The notes: generated by a model from the letters alone, not told the origin. 64,000 bases of DNA from Planctomycetota bacterium (GCA_030950285.1 JAUZRR010000028.1:28064-92063), one strand, 5' to 3'; positions 19,443 through 28,559 are shown, counted from the stretch's first letter. Numbers and translations are program-made.

Positions 19443-21847
19443 GACGCACCTCCGTCACGGGTCAGATCGGTCCCGAGCCGTTGCATGTACGAAATCACCG
19501 CGATCACCTTCTTCTGCGACAGCGCCTCGATCGCCTCCTCGCGGCTGGTCGGCATCCTGCCCAGCACGAGGTCCCAGATCGCCACGCGGATCTCGGCAAA
19601 GCCCCCGGCTTCGTCGATGATCGCCGCCGCGACCGCCCGGGCCTGCTCACGCGCCATCTCCGGCGCCGAGTTGATCGCCTCGCCATAAGGCACCCCAAGC
19701 ATCGCCATCGCGTCCACCCGGGCCTGGATCTCCTCGAACCGGATATCGCGCCTGAAGAACACCGAGTACGCCGGCATGATCGACTGCCCGACCACCGAAC
19801 GCGGGTCGTAGAAGTGGTTCAGGTGCCAGGAACCGCTCGGCCTGAACAAACCCTCACGCGCCAGGTCAGGACCGATACGCCGGCTGCCCCACTGGAACGG
19901 GCGGTTGTACACCGACTCGCCCGGCTTGCTGTATTCCCCGTACCGCTCGGTCTCGGCAAAGATCGGACGGATCATCTGCGAGTGGCAGTTGTAACACCCC
20001 TCCGCAACATAGATATCCCGCCCGGCAAGCTCGAGCGGCGTGTAGGGCTGCACGCTCGCGATCGAAGGCACGTTGCTGCGGATCACAAACAAAGGCACGA
20101 TCTCGAACAGCGATGCCACCACCACCGCCACGATCACCCAGCCTGTAAACCGGATCGGCAAGCGCTCCCACCGGCGGTGCCACTTGCCCTGCACAAACTT
20201 GTCCATCGCGCGCCCGGCCCACACCACGCCCTGCAGCCGTTCCTCGCCACGCTCGCCCGCGTCGTCGCGGTACTCCTTCCGCAACGCCGGCGCCCGCTGC
20301 ACGGGCTCGTCGTACTTTGTCGGACGATTTTTCCACGTCCGCCAGATCGTGTAAATCCCGATCACCACGCCCGCCAGATACAGCGTCCCCCCGATCGCCC
20401 GCGCCCAGTAGAACGGCATCAGCTTCGTCACCGTCTCTACAAAGTCCGGGAACGCCAGGCGGCCCGTCTCGTCAAACGCACGCCACATCAGCCCCTGCGT
20501 GATCCCCGCGACGTAGATCGGGATGATGTACAGCAACATCCCGACCGTCCCGATCCAGAAGTGGGCCGCGACCAGCTTCTTGCTGAACAGCTCGGTCTGG
20601 AACAGCCGCGGTGCCAGCCAGTAGATCATCCCGAAGATCATGAACCCGTTCCAACCAAGCGTCCCCGAGTGTACGTGGGCAATCGTCCAGTCGGTGTAGT
20701 GGCTCAGCGCGTTGACCGTCTTGATGCTGAGCATCGGACCCTCGAACGTCGCCATGCCGTAGAACGTCACCCCGATCACGAAAAACTTCAGCACCGGGTC
20801 CGACGCGACCTTGTGCCACGCGCCGCGGAGCGTGAGCAGCCCGTTGATCATCCCGCCCCAACTGGGCATCCACAGCATGATCGAGAACACCATCGCGATC
20901 GAACTGGCCCACACCGGCAACGCCGTGTAGTGCAGGTGGTGCGGGCCCGCCCAGATATAAATAAACACCAGCGACCAGAAGTGGATAATCGAGAGTTTGT
21001 ACGAAAACACCGGGCGGTCGGCAGCCTTGGGCAGGAAGTAGTACATCATCCCCAGGAACGGTGTCGTCAGGAAGAACGCCACCGCGTTGTGCCCGTACCA
21101 CCACTGCATGAACGCATCCTGCACCCCCGCGTAGATCGGGTAACTCTTCATCATCAGCTCGGCCGAGGGCATCTCGCCGGTCTTGAACAGGTGCACCAGC
21201 CCCGCCGGGACCCACAGGTTGTTGAAGATGTGCAGGATCGTCACCGTGACGATGGTCGCGATATAGAACCACAACGCGACGTACATGTGCCGCTCACGAC
21301 GCTTCACCAGCGTCATCAGGAAGTTGGTCCCAAAGAACCCCGCCCACACCACCGCGATCGCCAGGTCGATCGGCCACTCGAGCTCGGCGTACTCCTTGCC
21401 CTGGGTGATGCCCAGCGGGAGCGTGATCGCCGCAGACACGATGATCAGCTGCCAGCCCCAGAAGTGCAGGTTGCCGAGCAGGTCGCTCCACATCCGCGCC
21501 TTGCACAGCCGCTGCGTCGAGTAATACACCGCGGTAAAGATCGCGTTGCCCGCGAACGCGAAGATCACTGCGTTGGTGTGCAACGGCCGCAGACGCCCGA
21601 AGGAAAGCCACTCATGCTCGTAGAGCAGCCGCAGCGCCGCGGTCAGCCCGTTGGGGCCGCTGAAGACCGAGGCCTCCAACCACTGCACCGCGATCGGGAG
21701 CACCATCTGAAAGGCCACAATCAGCCCGACCAACATCCCAACAAACCCCCAGAGCAGGGTCGCCCCCAAAAACTTCCGCACGATCGCGTCGTTGTAGACA
21801 AACTCTTCCATCGGCCCAACATCCGCGGTGACCGGTTGCTCGCTCAT
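19439..21847 (-). CDS. ccoNO: fused cbb3 oxidase subunits I+II (CcoN-CcoO)
   Basis: 802-aa ORF. The N-terminal roughly 530 aa has heme-copper oxidase His ligands (GPHHLHYT, IAHVHSGTLGWNG). The C-terminal part has the CcoO signature VAEGCYNCHSQMIRP...WGSRRIGPDLAREG. Confidence 0.85.
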   Translation of the reverse strand: MSEQPVTADVGPMEEFVYNDAIVRKFLGATLLWGFVGMLVGLIVAFQMVLPIAVQWLEASVFSGPNGLTAALRLLYEHEWLSFGRLRPLHTNAVIFAFAGNAIFTAVYYSTQRLCKARMWSDLLGNLHFWGWQLIIVSAAITLPLGITQGKEYAELEWPIDLAIAVVWAGFFGTNFLMTLVKRRERHMYVALWFYIATIVTVTILHIFNNLWVPAGLVHLFKTGEMPSAELMMKSYPIYAGVQDAFMQWWYGHNAVAFFLTTPFLGMMYYFLPKAADRPVFSYKLSIIHFWSLVFIYIWAGPHHLHYTALPVWASSIAMVFSIMLWMPSWGGMINGLLTLRGAWHKVASDPVLKFFVIGVTFYGMATFEGPMLSIKTVNALSHYTDWTIAHVHSGTLGWNGFMIFGMIYWLAPRLFQTELFSKKLVAAHFWIGTVGMLLYIIPIYVAGITQGLMWRAFDETGRLAFPDFVETVTKLMPFYWARAIGGTLYLAGVVIGIYTIWRTWKNRPTKYDEPVQRAPALRKEYRDDAGERGEERLQGVVWAGRAMDKFVQGKWHRRWERLPIRFTGWVIVAVVVASLFEIVPLFVIRSNVPSIASVQPYTPLELAGRDIYVAEGCYNCHSQMIRPIFAETERYGEYSKPGESVYNRPFQWGSRRIGPDLAREGLFRPSGSWHLNHFYDPRSVVGQSIMPAYSVFFRRDIRFEEIQARVDAMAMLGVPYGEAINSAPEMAREQARAVAAAIIDEAGGFAEIRVAIWDLVLGRMPTSREEAIEALSQKKVIAVISYMQRLGTDLTRDGGAS

Positions 21848-21926
21848 TCTCGAACACCCCTTTCAAGCTCTCAAGAGCTGGAGCCGTGCTGCGGCCCGTG
21901 TGCAAATCCGTCGAGTTCCGTATCTT

Positions 21927-21945
21927 GATGTCCTGTTTTGACATC
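21927..21945. promoter_or_regulatory. palindrome GATGTC-N7-GACATC in the ccoNO / Rrf2 divergent intergenic region (candidate operator)
   Basis: Perfect 6-bp arms seen directly in the sequence. It is the only clear dyad in the 187-bp divergent region. No known consensus was matched. Confidence 0.2.
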
Positions 21946-22034
21946 GGTCTTGAGGATATCCTTATCCAGAGATACACTTGTGTCAACAGCCGGCCTTGAG
22001 TTCCTCGCCACATATCACAGGATTTGCCCCGTCA

Positions 22035-22547
22035 ATGCTTTCTCGGACCACCGAATACGCCCTGCGTGCCGCGATCTACCTCGCCAAAGCCGGCACCGAG
22101 AACACCACCGCCCAACGAATCGCCGAAGCCACCAAAGTGCCCGAAGGCTACATGTCCAAAGTCCTCAACACCCTCGCCCGGGCCGGGATCGTCAACTCCC
22201 AACGCGGCCCATCAGGCGGCTTCACACTCACGGTCCCGCCCGCCGAACTCACCATGCTGCGAGTGGTCGAATCGGTCGAGCCACTGCCCCGAATCAAAAA
22301 GTGCCCGCTCGAACTTGAAGAACACTCCGGCGAACTCTGCCCGCTGCACCGCGTCCTCGCCGAACTCGCCAACGGGGTCGAAGCCAAGCTCTCCAGCACA
22401 ACCATCGCACAGCTCCTCGACACACCCGTTGTCCCACTTGGGGAGAACCCCGCGTGCGACTTCCCGGTGCTCTACACAAAGATCGACAAACCCGCCGACG
22501 CTGCTCCGTCCCAACAAACGCCCGGCAGCAACAAGGACGCGACCTAA
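22035..22547 (+). CDS. Rrf2 family transcriptional regulator
   Basis: N-terminus MLSRTTEYALRAAIYLA with a wHTH (QRIAEATKVPEGYMSKVLNTLARAGIV.SQRGPSGGF). Three Cys residues lie in the C-terminal half (KKCP, ELCP, PACD). Confidence 0.8.
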   Translation: MLSRTTEYALRAAIYLAKAGTENTTAQRIAEATKVPEGYMSKVLNTLARAGIVNSQRGPSGGFTLTVPPAELTMLRVVESVEPLPRIKKCPLELEEHSGELCPLHRVLAELANGVEAKLSSTTIAQLLDTPVVPLGENPACDFPVLYTKIDKPADAAPSQQTPGSNKDAT

Positions 22548-23986
22548 ACCTCCACCGACGCCGCCCGCCCGCGCTCGATCTTTCCGCCCGCGTTCTCCCA
22601 CGCCACGAAGCCGCCTTCGAGATTGATCACGTCGTACCCCTTCCTGCGCAGGTACGCCGCGGCCGCGGCCGAGCGGACCCCACTGCGGCAATGTACCAAG
22701 ATCGGTTTGTCCCCCGGCAGCTCCGCCACGCGAGACGCAAGCCGGGTGTGCGCCACGTTGTGCGCGCCCCCGATGGCACCGCCCGCGTGTTCATGGTCGG
22801 CACGCACGTCGAGCACATGATGCTCGCCCACGCGCTGCTTGAACTCCTCAGCGGTCATCTCGGGCACCGTCTCCAGCGAACCGACCGCCGCGACATCCGC
22901 CGGCTGCGCCCAGCCGACCACCCGATCGAGCCCGATCCGCACAAGCACCCGGGTCAGCTCATCGACCAGATGCTCTTCACAAACCAGCACGATCTCCTCG
23001 CCCGGCTCGATGTAACTGCCGGTCACCATCGGGAACTGCACGTTCGTCGGCGACCACAACGATCCGGGCAGGTGCCCATCCCTGAACGCGGCCCAGGGGC
23101 GGGTGTCCACAATCGCGACCCGCTGCCCGTCGAGCGCCGCGAGATCGTCGCTTGAAAGCCGGCGCGGCTCGGGCACCTTGCCCAGCAGAGGCACCCCGTC
23201 GCGGTTCTGCTGTTTCATGCGTGCAAAGTAGAGCGGCGGGGCCGGCTGATCGCTCAGAATAAAGTCGACAAACCGCTTCTCATCGCCGGCGTGGGCGAGC
23301 GAGGCGTTGAACCGTTTCTCGTACCCGACGGTGCTCGTGGGGACCGCCCCGAGCGCCTTGCCGCAGGCGCTGCCCGCACCGTGCGCCGGCCAAATCTGCA
23401 AAAAATCGGGCAACTCGAGAAACTCCGACGCGCTCTTGTGGAGTTGCCTGGCAAACCCCTCCTTCACCCCGACCATCCCGGCTGCGGACTCGAGCAGGTC
23501 GGGCCTGCCCAGGTCACCCACAAAGACAAAGTCCCCCGTCGCGATCCCGATCGGCTCGGTCGCCCCGCCGCCGAGATCGGTCACCACAAACATGACATGC
23601 TCGGGCGTGTGTCCCGGCGTGTGGACCGCGCGGAACTCGATATTCCCGACACGGAAGGTGTCGCCGTCAGAGAGCAGCGTCGCGTCGTAGCTCCCGCCGC
23701 CCTGCTTGCTGTCGATCCACCCGTACGTCCAGTCCGGCCCACCCTCGCCGGGCAGATAGACCCGGCACCCGGTCTGCTCGGCCAGCTCGCGCGATCCCGA
23801 GAGAAAGTCGGCATGAATGTGCGTCTCGGCGGCCGCGGTAATCCGCAGCCCGTTGTCCGCTGCCAGCTTGATATACCGGTCCACGTCGCGCTCGGGGTCG
23901 ATGACGATCGCTTCCCCCGTTTTCTGACACCCGATCAGGTACGCCGCCTGAGCAAGCCGATCGTCGTAGAGCATTCGGAGCAACAT
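22544..23986 (-). CDS. MBL-fold persulfide-dioxygenase-like protein fused to two rhodanese domains
   Basis: MBL motif ETHIHADFLSG at the N-terminus. The C-terminal rhodanese active-site loop is VHCRSGVRS. ATG 23986 is preceded by AAGGAGG. Confidence 0.75.
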   Translation of the reverse strand: MLLRMLYDDRLAQAAYLIGCQKTGEAIVIDPERDVDRYIKLAADNGLRITAAAETHIHADFLSGSRELAEQTGCRVYLPGEGGPDWTYGWIDSKQGGGSYDATLLSDGDTFRVGNIEFRAVHTPGHTPEHVMFVVTDLGGGATEPIGIATGDFVFVGDLGRPDLLESAAGMVGVKEGFARQLHKSASEFLELPDFLQIWPAHGAGSACGKALGAVPTSTVGYEKRFNASLAHAGDEKRFVDFILSDQPAPPLYFARMKQQNRDGVPLLGKVPEPRRLSSDDLAALDGQRVAIVDTRPWAAFRDGHLPGSLWSPTNVQFPMVTGSYIEPGEEIVLVCEEHLVDELTRVLVRIGLDRVVGWAQPADVAAVGSLETVPEMTAEEFKQRVGEHHVLDVRADHEHAGGAIGGAHNVAHTRLASRVAELPGDKPILVHCRSGVRSAAAAAYLRRKGYDVINLEGGFVAWENAGGKIERGRAASVEV

Positions 23987-24138
23987 GGTGGGCCTCCTTG
24001 CGGGGATTCCTGCCTTACGTGATGTGCAACTGTTTCGCACAATCCTATGAGGAGGTCAACCCGCGTTTCTTTCCGGGATTCTACGCAGATATGCACTTTG
24101 TGGTACGATGACGATCAACCTCCCCACGGACGGGAAAT

Positions 24139-26337
24139 GTGTGCGCTATGACCAGACGAACGGACTCGATCACCACAACCCACTGGACCCGCGACCCCGC
24201 GCCGCTCTTGCTGCGCTCGGGCACAACCCGCTTTCGCGACCCGAACGCAACCGATCCCTCGCCGCCCTCGGCCGCGATCACCGACACCGCACTTCAATCG
24301 CTGCGACGCGCCGACACCGCGAACCACGCCGACGCGGGGCTCGCGCCCGAGTTCGCACGCGACGACGACGGCCGATGGCTCACTCGGCTGCGGTGCCCAA
24401 CGGGCACATCCTTCTACGGCACCGGAGAGGTCGCCGGCCCGCTCCACCGCAACAACCAAACGGTCACCCTCTGGAACACCGACTCGTTCGGGTACACCAT
24501 CGAGACGCCCTCGCTCTATCAGGCGCACCCCTGGGTGCTCGGCCTGCGCGAGGACGGCTCGGCGTTCGGCATCCTTGTCGACACCACCTTCCGCTGCGAG
24601 ATCGCACTCGACAGCGACACGGTGCTCGCGGCGTCGGACGGGATCGCCCCGGCGGTCTACATCCTCGACGGCCCCTCGCCCCAGGCCGTCCTCGAAGAAC
24701 TCGCAGCGCTGATCGGGACCACCCCGCTGCCCCCGCTCTGGGCGTTGGGGTTTCATCAGTGCCGCTATTCCTACGAAGCCGAGCACGAGGTGCTGGGGAT
24801 CGCCGAGGAGTTCCGCGACAGGTGGCTCCCCTGCGACACGATCTGGCTGGACATCGACTACATGGTCGATGCCCGACCCTTCACGATCGACCAGCACAAG
24901 TTTCCCGATGCTGAGAAAATGATCCTCCACCTGCGCACCAAGGGCTTCCGCACCGCGTGGATCCTCGACCCCGGCATCAAGGTCGACGAGCGAGACACCA
25001 CCTTTGTCAGCGGCAAATCGCAGGACGTCTTCATCAAACAGCCCGACGGCTCGCCTTTCGTCGGCGAGGTCTGGCCCGGCCGTTGCGCCTGGCCGGACTT
25101 TGCCAACGCCGACGTGCGCCGCTGGTGGGGCGACCAGACCGCGAGGTTCATCCGCAACGGCGCCGACGGCGTGTGGAACGACATGAACGAGCCCTCCGTC
25201 TTTGACGGCCCCGGGCGCACCATCCCCACCGACTGCCTGCACGAGGCCGACGCCGGGCTCGGGGGGCCGGACGACCACGCCCGCTACCACAACATCTATG
25301 GCATGCAGATGGCGCGGGCGTCCTTCGAGGGGATGCTCCGCGAGCGTCCCGACCGCCGCCCGTTCGTCCTGAGTCGAAGCAACTTCCTCGGCGGGCACCG
25401 CTACGCCTGCTGCTGGACGGGCGACAGCGCGAGCACGTGGGAGCACCTGTCGTGGACGATCCCGATGATGCTCAATCTCGGGCTGAGCGGGCAGGTCTTC
25501 GCCGGGTGCGACATCGGCGGCTTTGCCGACAACGCCGACGACATGCTGTTTGCCCGGTGGATGGGGATCGGGTGCCTGCTGCCCTTTGCGCGCGCACACT
25601 CGGACAAGAACACCAACCGCCACGAACCCTGGTCGTTCGGCCCGGCGTGCGAACACGCCTGCCGCGTCGCGCTCGAGCGGCGCTACCGGCTGCTTCCCTA
25701 TCTCTACACGCTGTTCGAGCACGCCGAGCGGACGGGCGTGCCGCCCATGCGGCCGCTCTTCTTTGCCGACCCGGCCGACGAATCACTCCGCAACGCCGAA
25801 GACTCGTTCCTGCTCGGTTCGGACGTGCTGGTGCGCGCCAGCGTCACGCCCGAGGGCGGCTGCACCGCCCCGATGCCCACGGGAATCTGGAGAAGATTCG
25901 AGCCCACCGAGACCAGCGACGCCCATCTGCCGGAGTTGTACCTCCGCGGCGGGGCGATCCTGCCGATGGGGCCGATCATGCAGCACACCGGCCAGCGCCC
26001 GCTCGACCCGATCACACTGGTCGTCAGCCTCGATGCACAAGGCGAAGCCCGGGGCGAGTTGTTCGAGGACGCCGGGGACGGGTTCGGCTACCGAGAAGGG
26101 GACTGCCTCCGCACGGTCTACGCCGCCAAAAGGGTGCGGGACCACGTCCGCGTGTGGATCGAGCACAGCGAGGGCGACCGCCCCCGGCCGTTGCGGGCAG
26201 CAGAAATCGTCGTCCTGCTCGACGATGGCGGGCTCGCCCGCTCCGCCGGCGTGGGCGGGGACATGATCTGCCTTCGCGTCGCGCCCTCGGCAATCGAACC
26301 GATCGATCCGGAAAATCCGGTCGGCCGAGGGGCATAG
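24139..26337 (+). CDS. glycoside hydrolase family 31 (alpha-glucosidase-like)
   Basis: GH31 nucleophile region DGVWNDMNEPSVF. The motifs WLDIDYM and WTGDSASTWEHL are also present. The ORF is 732 aa. Confidence 0.8.
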   Translation: MCAMTRRTDSITTTHWTRDPAPLLLRSGTTRFRDPNATDPSPPSAAITDTALQSLRRADTANHADAGLAPEFARDDDGRWLTRLRCPTGTSFYGTGEVAGPLHRNNQTVTLWNTDSFGYTIETPSLYQAHPWVLGLREDGSAFGILVDTTFRCEIALDSDTVLAASDGIAPAVYILDGPSPQAVLEELAALIGTTPLPPLWALGFHQCRYSYEAEHEVLGIAEEFRDRWLPCDTIWLDIDYMVDARPFTIDQHKFPDAEKMILHLRTKGFRTAWILDPGIKVDERDTTFVSGKSQDVFIKQPDGSPFVGEVWPGRCAWPDFANADVRRWWGDQTARFIRNGADGVWNDMNEPSVFDGPGRTIPTDCLHEADAGLGGPDDHARYHNIYGMQMARASFEGMLRERPDRRPFVLSRSNFLGGHRYACCWTGDSASTWEHLSWTIPMMLNLGLSGQVFAGCDIGGFADNADDMLFARWMGIGCLLPFARAHSDKNTNRHEPWSFGPACEHACRVALERRYRLLPYLYTLFEHAERTGVPPMRPLFFADPADESLRNAEDSFLLGSDVLVRASVTPEGGCTAPMPTGIWRRFEPTETSDAHLPELYLRGGAILPMGPIMQHTGQRPLDPITLVVSLDAQGEARGELFEDAGDGFGYREGDCLRTVYAAKRVRDHVRVWIEHSEGDRPRPLRAAEIVVLLDDGGLARSAGVGGDMICLRVAPSAIEPIDPENPVGRGA

Positions 26338-26378
26338 ACCCCACCACCCCCACCACCCCCACCGCGTACACTGGCCGC

Positions 26379-27575
26379 ATGAGCTACACCGCACTCGCGC
26401 GAAGGTACCGGTCGAGGTCGTTTGACGATGTCGTCGGCCAGGAACCCATCGCCCGCACACTCCGCAACGCCATCGACACCGGGCGAGTCGCCCATGCCTA
26501 CCTCTTCAGCGGCACGCGAGGGGTCGGCAAGACCTCGATGGCCCGCATCTTTGCCGCGGCGATCAACACCACCAAAGAAGGTGACATGCCCGAAGAGGTC
26601 GCCGCCGCGATCCGCACCGGACGCGATCAGGACGTCATCGAGATCGACGCGGCCAGCAACCGAGGCGTGGACGATGCCCGCGACCTGATCGCCAACTGCG
26701 TCTACCGCCCGATGCGCGGCCCCTACAAGGTCTACATCATCGACGAGGTCCACATGCTCACGCGGGAGGCTTCCAACGCGCTGCTCAAGACGATGGAAGA
26801 ACCGCCCGAGCACGTCAAGTTCATCCTGTGCACGACCGAGCCGCACAAGGTGCTGCCGACGATCCAGAGCCGATGCCAACGGTTCGACTTCCGCGACATC
26901 CCGACCTCGCGGATCGCCGACCACCTGCGCGAGGTGTGCAAGGGTGAAAGCGTCGTCTGCGACGACGAGCTGCTGCACGCGGTCGCCCGCCTGGGCAACG
27001 GCTCGATGCGCGATGCGCTCAGCCTGCTCGACCGCCTGCTCGCCACGGGCGAGAAGTCACTCTCGCTGGCGCTGCTCGAAGAGCTGCTGGGATTGCCCGA
27101 CCGCGAGTTGCTCGGCCGCATGATCGACGCGCTGGCAACCGGCGACTCCCGCGGCGCCCTCGAAGCCGGGGATCAGCTCCTCAACAAGGGCGCCAGTCCG
27201 GAGCTGGTGCTCGGGTCTCTTGCTGCCCGTCTCCGCGACCTGATGCTCCTGTGCGCCTGCGGCAACGAGACCGACCTGGTCGACTCGACCGGCGACTCGC
27301 GTGCCGAGGACGCCGCAAGGGCCGAGCGGTTCGATGTCGCGTCGCTCTCGCACATGATCGCGGTCTGCGAGAGTGTGCAACGGGGTGTGCGACAGAGCTC
27401 ACTTCCGCGTGCGCTCTTTGATGCTGCGGTCGTGAGGCTCGCGCTCACCGAGAGTCTCGCCAATGTCACCTCGATCGTGACCAGACTATCCAATCCGGCT
27501 GCGCTCGCGGGGCGTGGGGGAGGTGGGGGACGCGGGGGGGGCGGGGCGTCGGGATCGCCGCCAAAAAAAGCCTGA
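26379..27575 (+). CDS. dnaX: DNA polymerase III subunit gamma/tau, zero-frame (gamma-sized) product
   Basis: N-terminus MSYTALARRYRSRSFDDVVGQE with Walker A GTRGVGKT. The motifs IIDEVHML and SRCQRFDF are present. Frame 0 ends ...CCG CCA AAA AAA GCC TGA. Confidence 0.85.
   Translation: MSYTALARRYRSRSFDDVVGQEPIARTLRNAIDTGRVAHAYLFSGTRGVGKTSMARIFAAAINTTKEGDMPEEVAAAIRTGRDQDVIEIDAASNRGVDDARDLIANCVYRPMRGPYKVYIIDEVHMLTREASNALLKTMEEPPEHVKFILCTTEPHKVLPTIQSRCQRFDFRDIPTSRIADHLREVCKGESVVCDDELLHAVARLGNGSMRDALSLLDRLLATGEKSLSLALLEELLGLPDRELLGRMIDALATGDSRGALEAGDQLLNKGASPELVLGSLAARLRDLMLLCACGNETDLVDSTGDSRAEDAARAERFDVASLSHMIAVCESVQRGVRQSSLPRALFDAAVVRLALTESLANVTSIVTRLSNPAALAGRGGGGGRGGGGASGSPPKKA
27563..27569 (+). 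other. A AAA AAA slippery heptamer (candidate -1 frameshift / transcriptional slippage site) in dnaX
   Basis: A7 run in otherwise GC-rich DNA. The 0-frame stop is 2 codons downstream and the -1 frame is open across the site. Confidence 0.5.
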
Positions 27576-28141
27576 GGGCAGCGGCACCACCACCACCACC
27601 ACCACCACCGAGCGAACCGGCACCCTCCCCACCGCCCGACGCCACGAGTGACCAACGCCCGCTGCCCGCGACGAAACCAGAGCCGTCTCCGAAACCTGCC
27701 GCCCCGGTGAAAACGGGCACTGCCGCTGCGCCCGCACCCACCGCTCCTGCGCAGGAACAGACCAAGCAGCCGCTGCCCCAGTCGGCCGAGGCGCTCTGGG
27801 CCCGCGCGCTCGATGCCTCGGCCAAGAGCGTGCGCACCCAGTCGATGCTCAGCGCCGCGACGCCGATCACCTGGGAGGGCAACGAGCTCACCGTCGAGAT
27901 CGGCGGGCCGATGCGGGCGGTGCTCGACCACCGCCGCGAGGAGATCGAGAAACTCCTCCGCAGCATCGCGAGCAAAAAGGTCACGCTCACGATCCGCGTG
28001 CCCGAGGGCATCCAGGAGCAACCCGCCGACTTGCCGCCCGACCCGCAGACGATCGCTGAGGAACACCCGCTGGTCCGCGAAGCGATGGAACTCTTCGACG
28101 GCCGGGTCGAGCGGGCCGCGTTCCGAAAGAAAAAAACCTGA
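27563..28141 (+). CDS. dnaX: dnaX tau-specific C-terminal extension, readable only in the -1 frame
   Basis: The -1 frame reads KKSLRAAAPPPPPPPPSEPAPSPPPDATSDQRPLPATKPEPSPKPAAPVKTG..., then a folded-looking domain (ITWEGNELTVEIGGPMRAVLDHRREEIEKLLRSIA...). I checked codon by codon and found no stop between 27563 and 27707. Confidence 0.6.
   Translation, partial: KKSLRAAAPPPPPPPPSEPAPSPPPDATSDQRPLPATKPEPSPKPAAPVKTGTAAAPAPTAPAQEQTKQPLPQSAEALWARALDASAKSVRTQSMLSAATPITWEGNELTVEIGGPMRAVLDHRREEIEKLLRSIASKKVTLTIRVPEGIQEQPADLPPDPQTIAEEHPLVREAMELFDGRVERAAFRKKKT
27585..27610 (+). repeat. (CAC)8 trinucleotide repeat encoding poly-Pro in the dnaX -1 frame
   Basis: Seen directly in the sequence. It begins 16 nt after the A7 run. 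Confidence 0.9.
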
Positions 28142-28187
28142 CCCTCCCCACCACAACCACACCCACGACCGCACCGAGAGGCACACC

Positions 28188-28559
28188 ATGTTCGATCAGA
28201 TGAAACAGATGGGCGCGATCGCCAGCCTGCTCAAAAACAAGGACAAACTCGCCGAAGCCGCGGCGCGGGTGAAACGCGCGCTCGAAGACCGCCCCGTCAC
28301 CGCCGAATCGGGCGGCGGCGCGGTCCGCGTCACCATCGGCAGCGAGATGAAAGTGCTGCGGATCGAGATCGCCCCCGCCGTCGCTGCGGGGATCGGGGCC
28401 GGCGACGACGCGAGGCAGCAGATCGAAACACTCATCGCCGACGCGACCAACGACGCGATGCAACTCGCCCAGCAACGGCTCAAAGAAGCGATCGACCGCG
28501 AAGCAACCGAACTCGGGTTCGAAGGGTTCGGCGACCAGATCGGCGGGTTTTTGCGGTGA
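28188..28559 (+). CDS. ybaB: YbaB/EbfC nucleoid-associated protein
   Basis: Sequence MFDQMKQMGAIASLLKNKDKLAEAAARVK...SGGGAVRVTIGSEMKVLRIEI...IADATNDAM. The position immediately after dnaX is the conserved one. Confidence 0.8.
   Translation: MFDQMKQMGAIASLLKNKDKLAEAAARVKRALEDRPVTAESGGGAVRVTIGSEMKVLRIEIAPAVAAGIGAGDDARQQIETLIADATNDAMQLAQQRLKEAIDREATELGFEGFGDQIGGFLR

Noticed and set aside
19481-21928. 815-aa plus-strand ORF covering the whole ccoNO locus
   Set aside because: Its translation is Arg/Pro/His/Asp-rich low-complexity sequence with no motifs, while the opposite strand encodes unmistakable CcoN/CcoO signatures. It is a typical stop-poor antisense frame of GC-rich DNA.
21920-21950. FNR/CRP-type box upstream of ccoNO (expected for cbb3 operons in proteobacteria)
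   Set aside because: The sequence TTGATGTCCTGTTTTGACATC does not fit TTGAT-N4-ATCAA. Only the GATGTC-N7-GACATC dyad is real, and it is kept as a low-confidence operator candidate.
24115-25722. 535-aa minus-strand ORF antisense to the GH31 gene, and the similar long ORFs 29626-31563, 30275-32305, 3690-5687 and 40724-42261
   Set aside because: The same reasoning applies. Each overlaps a motif-supported gene on the other strand or frame and translates to biased Arg/Pro/Gly/Asp sequence.
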